Origin: Candidatus Latescibacterota bacterium
GTDB lineage: Bacteria; Latescibacterota; UBA2968; UBA8231
Assembly: GCA_965215195.1 (NCBI GenBank)
Contig: CBDCDC010000002.1
Span: 3,456,001 to 3,520,000, forward strand
DNA length: 64,000 bases
Direction: 5' to 3'
Part shown: one piece after another, positions 1-8,370 of the stretch
Numbering within the stretch: the stretch's first letter is position 1
Layout of the letters: every line of letters starts with the position of its first letter
Notes under the pieces: model-generated
Database searches by the model: none
Told to the model about the DNA's origin: nothing
The model's input: only the letters and a program-made list of their open reading frames with translations
Program-made: the position numbers and the translations under genes

Positions 1-2611
1 GGTCATAGTCGCGGAGCTGGTGGTAGGCCTGGCCTAGATCGGCAAAGGGACCCACCAGATCCGGCTGTAGCTTGCATGCTCGTTCATAAGACGCAATCGC
101 AGCTTCCAATTCGTCCTTGTAATACAGCGCAGCACCCAAGCCGTAATGAGATGGCGCATAGCTCGAATCAATGGCAATGACCTGATGAAAAACGGCGACC
201 CCCTCCTCAATGCGTCCCTGTGCCACGTAGGCTTCGCCCAGCAGATGGCGAGATTCGATATCGCTTGGGAAGGCGGCTAGGTTCTCCAGATGGCACTGCA
301 CTTTGTCTTGTACAGGCCGCAACTGCGCGAAAATTTGTCGCTGCCGCACGGCCGCCTGCTCCCTTCCCTGTCGCTCGTAGATACGGGCTAGATTCAAGTG
401 TGGATGCGGCTGCCACGGTGCCTGGCGCACGGCGTGTTCGAAGGCTGAGATCGCCTCCGTCAGATTGTCGCTACGGAGCTGGGCTAGTCCCAGTCGGTTG
501 TAGTTTTCCCACTCAGGGTCCAGTGCCACAGCGCACTCAAGGAGCTGAATGGCCCTGTCTTGGCGGTTGAGGTCCATATAGACCGCCCCCAAAAGCGGAT
601 AAACCTGCGCCCACGACGAATCGCGGGCCACGACCTCTTCCAAAATCGCCGCGGCTTCCTCGGCTTGACCCAGCCCCGAATAGAGCGCAATACCCAAGGA
701 GTAGTAGGCTTTGAGATCGTCCGGCTGCATGCGGATAGACGCTCTCAAGGCGTCAATCGCCTCCTCGTAGCGCCCCTGTCTGTACCGTTCGATTCCCGCT
801 TTATAGTGGTCTGCGGCTGTCTGGTCGTCCCCCGCCGCGTAGCGGGGCAAAACCGGCCGGCTATCCATTGGGACTAGCTGCTCGTGTGCGACCCAGTCCT
901 CGGCCGGCCCGACGTAACTGGAAATTATATCCTCTTTCCCTTCCTGTACCACCAAGTAGCACCGAGTCTCCGATCGATCCAATACCTGCACCCTACCACT
1001 AGGCCAACGAATCTCTACGCTTTCCACTTTCTCGGCAGCTCCCAACCCGAAGAGCACCCGGCTGTCGCTTTGCGACAAGTACCCGACTCCGCGCTGTACT
1101 TCCCGCATCTGCTGTCCATTATCCGCCAAGAGCACAACCCGCGTCCCCTGTGCATCGCGGTTGCTCTCAGTGCCCACCAGATCTAGCCCCAGCCAATTGC
1201 TGCGGCTCCCGCCGAAATTGTGAAAAAGAGTCGGCGCGTCGTTCAGGTTCATTACCAGCAGGTCCAGATCGCCGTCATTGTCGTAGTCGCCCAGCGCCCC
1301 GCCGCGACTGACCTTTTCTTGGGCAAAATCCGGCCCAACCATAGTTCCTATTTCGACAAACGTCCCATCCACATTCTGGTAGAGCAGGTTGCGCTGGGCG
1401 TAGCGCAGTCCCGAAGGATGCTGAGCAACTTGGGGGTAGATGTGACCGTTGACCGCGAAGAGGTCCAGCCAGCCATTGTTGTCGTAGTCAAAAAAGCCCG
1501 TGCTCCAGCCCAAGTAGGGCCGCACCTCACCGCCTAGCCCGGTCGCCGCCGTGAAATCGACAAAGTTACCGTCTCCTTGGTTCTGGTAGAGCGTGTTGAC
1601 GTCGTCCGAAAAGTGGGTCATGTACAGGTCCAGATCGCCATCGTTGTCGTAGTCGCCAGCCGCCGCGCCCATGCCGGCCTGCGCCCGTCCGTCCTCGCTG
1701 TAGGCCGCTCCGGCGAAGGCCGCCACTTCCTCCAGTTGCCAAGGCCCGTCGTTGCGATAGAGCAGGTTGGGGTAGCCATCGTTGGCCACGTAGATATCTT
1801 GGTCGCCATCGTTGTCGCCATCGAAGAAGACCACCCCCAAGGACGCCTGCTTGTCTGCGTCGATCCCCGTCGTCCGACTCATATCCGCAAAGCCGACCCC
1901 ACCCTCGTTGCGGTAAAGCACATTGGCTTGGGGGACCATGCCGTGCGGACCGCAATAGACGTCCAGCCCCTTGAAGCCACTACAGAGTCGACCACCGCCG
2001 GGCGGGTTTTCCAAGTCGAAGACCAAATAGTTGGCTGCGTATAGATCTAGAAATCCGTCTGCATCCACGTCGCCAAACACCGCGCTGGTTCCCCAACCGC
2101 TGTCCTCAACGCCCAGCTTGACCTCGGCAAACTTCCCCCCGTCGTTGCGATAGAGCACATTGGGACCCCAATAGGTGACGTACAGGTCCACATCCCCGTC
2201 GTTGTTGTAGTCCCCCACCGCGCACCCCATACCCCAACCCGTCCGCCGCAGGCCAGCCTCGTCGGTCTTGTCCTCGAAGACGCGCCCATTGGCTCCTTCG
2301 GTATTGCGGTAGAGCCGATTGGTGGGATTCGCTGACTCGGCCCCCACCCGCGTACTATTGACCATGAATAGATCGAGATATCCATCGCCATCGTAGTCGA
2401 AAAAGGCGGCACCCGACGACATTGATTCGAGAATATAGTGCTGCTCGGCACTACCGGAGACCTGGCGAAAATCGAGGCCAACGGCCTCGGTCACATCGAC
2501 GAATTGCACTCCGGCCGTCGCCATTTTGGTCTCTGCTTCTCGCTCGCACCCTACGCCCAACATCAGGCTTACAAGCCCAATGCCGGCGATCCATCCACGC
2601 ATCAGTCTCAT
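1..2611 (-). CDS. CRTAC1-family (FG-GAP repeats + ASPIC/UnbV) protein fused to C-terminal TPR repeats; runs off the window edge
   Basis: Absent from the ORF track, consistent with no stop codon in the window. Hand translation of the start, the domain junction and the left end gives one frame: MRLMRGWIAGIGLVSLMLGVGC (lipoprotein-like signal), FDYDGDGYLDL-type FG-GAP motif, then TPR helices (YKAGIERYRQGRYEEAIDAL; SHYGLGAALYYKDELEAAIASYERA). Confidence 0.85.
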   Translation of the reverse strand, partial: MRLMRGWIAGIGLVSLMLGVGCEREAETKMATAGVQFVDVTEAVGLDFRQVSGSAEQHYILESMSSGAAFFDYDGDGYLDLFMVNSTRVGAESANPTNRLYRNTEGANGRVFEDKTDEAGLRRTGWGMGCAVGDYNNDGDVDLYVTYWGPNVLYRNDGGKFAEVKLGVEDSGWGTSAVFGDVDADGFLDLYAANYLVFDLENPPGGGRLCSGFKGLDVYCGPHGMVPQANVLYRNEGGVGFADMSRTTGIDADKQASLGVVFFDGDNDGDQDIYVANDGYPNLLYRNDGPWQLEEVAAFAGAAYSEDGRAQAGMGAAAGDYDNDGDLDLYMTHFSDDVNTLYQNQGDGNFVDFTAATGLGGEVRPYLGWSTGFFDYDNNGWLDLFAVNGHIYPQVAQHPSGLRYAQRNLLYQNVDGTFVEIGTMVGPDFAQEKVSRGGALGDYDNDGDLDLLVMNLNDAPTLFHNFGGSRSNWLGLDLVGTESNRDAQGTRVVLLADNGQQMREVQRGVGYLSQSDSRVLFGLGAAEKVESVEIRWPSGRVQVLDRSETRCYLVVQEGKEDIISSYVGPAEDWVAHEQLVPMDSRPVLPRYAAGDDQTAADHYKAGIERYRQGRYEEAIDALRASIRMQPDDLKAYYSLGIALYSGLGQAEEAAAILEEVVARDSSWAQVYPLLGAVYMDLNRQDRAIQLLECAVALDPEWENYNRLGLAQLRSDNLTEAISAFEHAVRQAPWQPHPHLNLARIYERQGREQAAVRQRQIFAQLRPVQDKVQCHLENLAAFPSDIESRHLLGEAYVAQGRIEEGVAVFHQVIAIDSSYAPSHYGLGAALYYKDELEAAIASYERACKLQPDLVGPFADLGQAYHQLRDYD

Positions 2612-2764
2612 TCCCATAGCGGCTTCATAAGTCTTTGAGAAAGTTGCCCTGACCACTGCCCAAAATACGTGATAACGTGCAAAAATAAACCCATCGGCTG
2701 CCATTGAGGTTGACCGTATATTTTTTGAGAGAAAATAGGCATATACCCAAACGCCGAAGAATAG

Positions 2765-3161
2765 ATGGCAGCCATCCATCACATCCGCTTATCAGTTTTC
2801 GATCTAGGTACTGCGACGCGATTCTACTCGCCCTTGCTAGAAGAGCTTGGATTCCTAAGGTTGTCCCCGCGACTGACAGAGCAGGGCGCGGTCGACAGAT
2901 TGCGATTCGAGAAGGACGGTCCTGCTGATCGGCCATACGGTGGGCCGACACGAGAGGGAAAAGCTGGGACTGCACCATCTCGCCTTTTCCGTGAACTCAC
3001 GCGCAGAAGTCGAACGAATCTACAAAAAGGTGATCAAGAATCTAGAGAAGGTGAATGTCGAAGACCCGCCAATCAACTGTCCAGAGTACGGCGAGGGATA
3101 CTACGCGACTTTCTTCTTCGACCCCGACGGTATTAAGCTCGAAATAACCTACACTCCCTAG
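2765..3161 (+). pseudogene. VOC/glyoxalase-family protein, frameshifted near 2915-2920
   Basis: The N-half MAAIHHIRLSV..FYSPLL is in one frame. The C-half GLHHLAF..YYATFFFDPDGIKLE is in another frame. Confidence 0.75.
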
Positions 3162-3180
3162 TAAACCGGAAAACGGCAGT

Positions 3181-5424
3181 ATGTATCCCCACAACTACAC
3201 AAAACTCATGCGCGGTTCCCTATCTTTCCTTACCCTCAATCCCCTGTATCCGATCGTCCTGATCCTCATCCTCGCGCCAGCCCTCGCTCCACCGACCTTT
3301 GCCGACGTCCGCCTGCCCAAGATATTTGGCGATCACATGGTATTGCAGCGCGATAGCCCCCTGCCTATCTGGGGCTGGGCTGAACCTGGCGAGCAGGTCA
3401 TCGTCGAATTTCTCGGTCAAATCGACAGTACCAGTGCCAATGCACAGGGAGAGTGGAAGGTGGAACTGCTACCGGTCAAAGCCGGTGGTCCCCATGCGCT
3501 GACTGTGACAGGCACCAACAGCATTGAACTACAAAACGTGCTCGTCGGCGAAGTCTGGCTCTGTTCGGGGCAATCGAATATGGAAATGGGCGTCAGTCTC
3601 TGCCTCAACCCAGAAGCGGAGATCGCCGCAGCCAACTATCCACAAATCCGTCTCTTCCAGATTCCCAAAAAACTCAGTGCCGAACCACAAACGGACATTG
3701 AGGCCGATTGGACCCGCTGTACTCCGGAGACGATCGACAAGGGCGGCTGGGGTGGATTCTCAGCCGCCGCCTACTATTTTGGCCGCCACTTACAGCGCGA
3801 ACTCAACGTGCCCATCGGGCTGATTCAGGCCGCTTGGGGTGGCACCCGCATCGAACCCTGGATCCCACCCGCCGGTTTTGCCGCAGTACCTGCGGTACGC
3901 GATATCTACGAGCAACTACAATTGCAAAATCCACGCAGTGATCTGTACAAAAAGCGTTTAGGAGGCGTACTAGACGAAATCGAGGACTGGCTTAACGCCG
4001 CCCGGGCGGCGCGACAACGCGAAGAACCGGTACCGGAAATGCCGACCTATCCCCCCGAACTCCTGCCGCCAAACGACCCGCAGCGACCCGCAGTGCTCTA
4101 CAACGCCATGATCCACCCCCTCGTCCCCTTTGCATTGCGCGGCACCATCTGGTACCAAGGTGAGTCCAACCACACCGAGGGAATGCACTATACCGAGAAA
4201 ATGAAGGCACTCATCAAGGGTTGGCGCAGTCTTTGGATAGGTGATGAGTTTCCATTTTACTACGTGCAGATCGCCCCTTATTCCTACGGTGGCGAAGCCT
4301 CTGATGTCCTACCCAAATTCTGGGAAGCGCAAACGGCCGCACTGGGAATTCCCCACACTGGTATGGTCGTCATCCACGACGTTGGCGACCTCGATGATAT
4401 CCACCCCAAAAACAAGCAGGAAGTCGGGCGGCGCTTGGCACTGGTAGCGCTGGCCAAGACCTATAACCAAGAGGTGATCTATTCAGGTCCGCTCTACCGT
4501 TCGATGCAGATAAAAGGCGACAAAATTCACTTGCGTTTTGATCACGGCGGCCTAAAAACACGCAATGGCGCGGCACCAGATCACTTTGCGGTAATCGACC
4601 AAGAACGCGGCGGTTTCGTCAGGGCAAATGCCAAGATAGTAGGCGACGAGGTCGTAGTTTCGGCACCGGGTGTCGAACATCCCGTGGCAGTGCGTTTTGC
4701 CTGGCACAAGTTGGCCGAACCCAACCTAGTCAACGCCGCAGGTTTGCCCGCCACCCCATTCCGCGCTGGCGCCGTGCCCCAACGTGATCGGCTCGAAATG
4801 GAAGTGCCCGAAGCGGCAGACTATCGCCTCGTTTACGACCTCGATATGGCCAACCTCGGCGCGGATATACACTACGACGTCGACAATAGTGCTGCGATTA
4901 CCGAGTCTTTTGACCGCATCGCCTATTTTGTGGAATTGCAACATAGTGATGGCGAAACGCGCTTTCTCTACGTTTCACTGGATGCCTTTACCGATGATCT
5001 CAAAATGATCGGCGTACCCACCCTAGCTTCGGGGGCTCGCTTCCAACAACCCGTCACCCAGATGAACATTTGGTCCAACACGGGCGTACACAACGGCATT
5101 GGCCTGGCAGGAGGCCACATCGAATTCTGGCCCAACAACTACACCCCAGCCAACGCCGCGGCCGTGCCCAATGCCTCTCAGCATAGCTACGACTTTGGCG
5201 ACCAGCCCATAGATCCCGCCGATGGCTATGGCAGTATGCAGATACACAACGCCACTACAGAACAGACGCTATTTGCCATCAATCACTGGCGTCGGGGGGA
5301 ACGCGCCGATATCGGCATTGGCAATCGAGCTGATAAACACTCCGATTGGACTTTTGCCGGCAATGCACATAGCTACTCTGCCAAAAGACTGAGAATACTG
5401 GTGCGAAATCTCGATAGGCGATGA
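3181..5424 (+). CDS. Sialate O-acetylesterase (SASA/SGNH) family protein with an extra C-terminal domain
   Basis: Signal peptide; GEVWLCSGQSNM, WYQGESN and DIHPKNK motifs. The start may be 3208. Confidence 0.88.
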   Translation: MYPHNYTKLMRGSLSFLTLNPLYPIVLILILAPALAPPTFADVRLPKIFGDHMVLQRDSPLPIWGWAEPGEQVIVEFLGQIDSTSANAQGEWKVELLPVKAGGPHALTVTGTNSIELQNVLVGEVWLCSGQSNMEMGVSLCLNPEAEIAAANYPQIRLFQIPKKLSAEPQTDIEADWTRCTPETIDKGGWGGFSAAAYYFGRHLQRELNVPIGLIQAAWGGTRIEPWIPPAGFAAVPAVRDIYEQLQLQNPRSDLYKKRLGGVLDEIEDWLNAARAARQREEPVPEMPTYPPELLPPNDPQRPAVLYNAMIHPLVPFALRGTIWYQGESNHTEGMHYTEKMKALIKGWRSLWIGDEFPFYYVQIAPYSYGGEASDVLPKFWEAQTAALGIPHTGMVVIHDVGDLDDIHPKNKQEVGRRLALVALAKTYNQEVIYSGPLYRSMQIKGDKIHLRFDHGGLKTRNGAAPDHFAVIDQERGGFVRANAKIVGDEVVVSAPGVEHPVAVRFAWHKLAEPNLVNAAGLPATPFRAGAVPQRDRLEMEVPEAADYRLVYDLDMANLGADIHYDVDNSAAITESFDRIAYFVELQHSDGETRFLYVSLDAFTDDLKMIGVPTLASGARFQQPVTQMNIWSNTGVHNGIGLAGGHIEFWPNNYTPANAAAVPNASQHSYDFGDQPIDPADGYGSMQIHNATTEQTLFAINHWRRGERADIGIGNRADKHSDWTFAGNAHSYSAKRLRILVRNLDRR

Positions 5425-5486
5425 CTCTCAAGCTTGAAGATGTCAGGAACTGAAATTTTCATACTGACGCACTATCGAGACAAGAC

Positions 5487-5514
5487 TTGACAAGGGGTGA
5501 TTTTCTATTATACT
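5487..5514 (+). promoter_or_regulatory. Sigma70-type promoter for the 6481-11313 gene pair
   Basis: TTGACA (5487-5492), 16-bp spacer, TATACT (5509-5514), followed by a hairpin at 5523-5549. Confidence 0.6.
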
Positions 5515-5555
5515 GTTGCCGCCGTGGTCAGGATTTTGCCTTGACCACGCTACTA

Positions 5556-6440
5556 ACCAATGGTGCTAGTGGGCTACAAGCTAAATTCCGCGATGGACAA
5601 GCGGACGAATCCATTTTCATCGGGTTGCAACCCGTGCCACTGAACCAGCAGGTTGAAGGTGGCCATGGCAAAGCTCAGATGCGCTCTAAAGTAGGCCCAG
5701 GCTCGATGGGTCTGTCGCTTGAAGTGCCCGATGCGGGTCAGCATGGAAAAGACGGTCTCGATGACCATACGCTCGCCCCACGTTTTGCGGGGACACACTT
5801 TCAGATTGGCCGGATCACCGGCTTTGGCATGAAAGCCTTGGTCGCTGAGGAGGATCATCTGCTCTTCGTAGCGGCCAATCATCGGGTGAAAGACCGTATC
5901 GTGGACATTGGCGGTATTACAATCCCAATCGACGATCAAGCCCCATTGGTTGACGATCAAGCCCAGCTTGCCGCCGACGATCCAGCGGTGATTGGACCGC
6001 CCTTTCCGGCCGATAGGGTGAGCGGAGCGGCCTTCGCGTACTGGATGGATCAACTCGATGCCATAGCTATCGATCACGCCTAAAGGGGTGGGGTCCGCTC
6101 GAAAGCGATCGGTCCAGTCCGCATGGGCGGCAAACAGGCGGAACAAGCGGGTGCGCTCGGGCAGGCGCGGAAAAAAGGCGCGCCAATCGCGCGCTACCCA
6201 GCGATAAAACGCCCGTTTGCCGCCCCCTTTGAGCGCATACAGAACCGCCAAGGTCACCGTTTCGCTGGGATATAAGGCGGCTTGGGGGTGTTTGGGCACA
6301 TCGCCCATCTGGTGGTCGATTCGACAGAACAGGGCTATTATAAACTCGGCCGTGGTCATGGGACGCTCCTTCGCTGAAAGGGGGGATACCCTCAGCGTAG
6401 GAACTACCTTGACCACGGTCAACTCACTAGCACCATTGGT
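5556..6440 (-). mobile_element. IS982-like insertion sequence, copy 1 (885 bp)
   Basis: Perfect 16-bp terminal inverted repeat ACCAATGGTGCTAGTG; direct repeat TACTA at 5551-5555 and 6441-6445. Confidence 0.93.
5574..6359 (-). CDS. DDE transposase, IS982-like (261 aa)
   Basis: IDSYGIEL, GGKLGL, ANVHD, SDQGF and IETVFS motifs; RBS GAAGGAG before MTTAEF. Confidence 0.9.
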   Translation of the reverse strand: MTTAEFIIALFCRIDHQMGDVPKHPQAALYPSETVTLAVLYALKGGGKRAFYRWVARDWRAFFPRLPERTRLFRLFAAHADWTDRFRADPTPLGVIDSYGIELIHPVREGRSAHPIGRKGRSNHRWIVGGKLGLIVNQWGLIVDWDCNTANVHDTVFHPMIGRYEEQMILLSDQGFHAKAGDPANLKVCPRKTWGERMVIETVFSMLTRIGHFKRQTHRAWAYFRAHLSFAMATFNLLVQWHGLQPDENGFVRLSIAEFSL

Positions 6441-6480
6441 TACTAATACCACCTCTCCCCCCTGACAAGGAGTCCTACCC

Positions 6481-8325
6481 ATGAAAACCGCGTTCACATA
6501 CGTATCGCTGCTTGCACTCTTGGTGCTTTATTTTTTCACCATTCCGGATCCCATGCATGCCCAGATGGCAGATACACTTGACATCGAAGTGCTTCCTGCT
6601 GGCAATATCAATGCCGTGATAAACTCAGACACGCTAGCTAATGGCCAGAGAGCTCATCCCGATCGCGCCTATCGACTCAAGAGAGGCGCGATATACCAGT
6701 TTACGGAAACGATGAAGATCAATGGTGACCTAAACTTAATTGCTACCGGAGTAAACGGCGATCCGAATAACTTGGCTAACAGACCTCCCGTAATTGTTCC
6801 CGGAATCCTGCCGGACGACTCGTCTCCAACTCAGTTCTTTGACCTCATTGGGAAGGGTGGAAAGATCAATATAAATGATCTCTACTTGCTGTCCCGAAGA
6901 GCCGATAACGTTGTTGCAGGCTGGGATAACTACATGACGCTAACTGCCGATTCGATATCGCTGAAACTCCGTGACATTGTATTTGATAGCGGTGGCGGAT
7001 TTGGCATACTCATAGCTGGCCACTGGAGCAAAATCGATATGCAGGATTGCATATTTCGCAATAATCATCACAGTCTAGCGTGGATTGCCGGCGGTTCACC
7101 CATGATTGCGTTGCCTGGGGTCCATATGGATACGCTGAAAGTGATTAACAACACTTTCTTTGCCGTTAACGGGTATATCTGGTCGGTGAGAGGCTACGAC
7201 CATCATTCGGTATTCGAGCACAACACCCTAGTTTACACCCATGTCAATCCCTTCCTAGCCCACCATGGCTCCAATGTTCACATCAAGAACAACCTGTTCT
7301 ACTCGGTACATTCCTTGGGTTGGTGGACGAAGTTTGTCCTAGAAGACCGCGGTTTCTCCAATTGGCCAGATACTACATCCACTAGCCTGATCCACTTTAC
7401 GGCACGAGACTCTGTCAGCAAGTGGAGCACGGATATTTGGAACCAGACTATCCCCGGACCAGAGGTATATATCGACCCGGACCGAGGGGTCACAGCCGAA
7501 ATGCTGGATCCAACGAGAAGAGTAATAGATGTCCAGAACAATGCGTATTTCTGGCCCAAGAAGCTACTCGATTATTACGACACCTATAACACTAATATCA
7601 CGCTTACTGATAGCGTCAAGGTCCCCGACGGATCAATACAGGTACTCCCCAGAAGATTGCATAAGCCGAGGTGGATTACGGGATACACGCAATGGACGTT
7701 CGACAACCTGTTCCCGGCAATCGGCGTTCAGTCAACTCTAGCGGGTAATATGGAGGCGGATCCTATGTTTGATCCGGCTATCGAAGGGCACGTGGACGCC
7801 TTGATAGAGTATATGGACAAGACCGTGCACGAACGGCTTGATCTGAATTCACGATGGTCCTACGATCCGGGGGGCGAAGGTGTCCACTATCCACCTCTGT
7901 GGCCTCTACCGGAGAACTTAGCGTTTTCGAATTCGGCATTACAGCATGCCGCTACCGATGGATTCGCGGTGGGGGACTTGAACTGGTTCCCCGAACAGAA
8001 AGAGCAGTGGCTAAATATGGATAGGGCAACCGCGGTCGAACACTTGGAGAGTCAAGTGCCGACCGGGTACCACCTTGCGGAAAACTATCCTAATCCATTT
8101 AACCCGTCTACCACCATCGGATTCGAGATACCTAATGCGGGATTGGTTACGCTCAAAGTCTACAATACCCTAGGCCAATTGGTGAGGACTTTGGTTGATC
8201 AGCATCTTGAATCTGGTGCGTACAAATTCCATTTCGATGCTTCTGGCTTGAGCAGTGGTGTATACTTTTACGCACTAGATGCTGAAGACCTTACGCTGTG
8301 GAAGCGAATGATATTTCTCAAGTAA
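6481..8325 (+). CDS. Secreted protein with a probable beta-helix region and a C-terminal T9SS-type/FlgD-like sorting domain
   Basis: RBS AAGGAG; signal peptide; repeated NNTF/HNTL/NNLF strands; C-terminal LAENYPNPFNPST..KRMIFLK. Lower GC than the flanks. Confidence 0.8.
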   Translation: MKTAFTYVSLLALLVLYFFTIPDPMHAQMADTLDIEVLPAGNINAVINSDTLANGQRAHPDRAYRLKRGAIYQFTETMKINGDLNLIATGVNGDPNNLANRPPVIVPGILPDDSSPTQFFDLIGKGGKININDLYLLSRRADNVVAGWDNYMTLTADSISLKLRDIVFDSGGGFGILIAGHWSKIDMQDCIFRNNHHSLAWIAGGSPMIALPGVHMDTLKVINNTFFAVNGYIWSVRGYDHHSVFEHNTLVYTHVNPFLAHHGSNVHIKNNLFYSVHSLGWWTKFVLEDRGFSNWPDTTSTSLIHFTARDSVSKWSTDIWNQTIPGPEVYIDPDRGVTAEMLDPTRRVIDVQNNAYFWPKKLLDYYDTYNTNITLTDSVKVPDGSIQVLPRRLHKPRWITGYTQWTFDNLFPAIGVQSTLAGNMEADPMFDPAIEGHVDALIEYMDKTVHERLDLNSRWSYDPGGEGVHYPPLWPLPENLAFSNSALQHAATDGFAVGDLNWFPEQKEQWLNMDRATAVEHLESQVPTGYHLAENYPNPFNPSTTIGFEIPNAGLVTLKVYNTLGQLVRTLVDQHLESGAYKFHFDASGLSSGVYFYALDAEDLTLWKRMIFLK

Positions 8326-8370
8326 TCTCATAGCTTCTTAGTACAGGGTCATGGGAGGCTTCGGAGGACT

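Noticed and set aside
2905-2945. Programmed frameshift in the VOC gene
   Set aside because: No slippery heptamer or stimulatory structure is visible; a simple indel or sequencing error is more likely.
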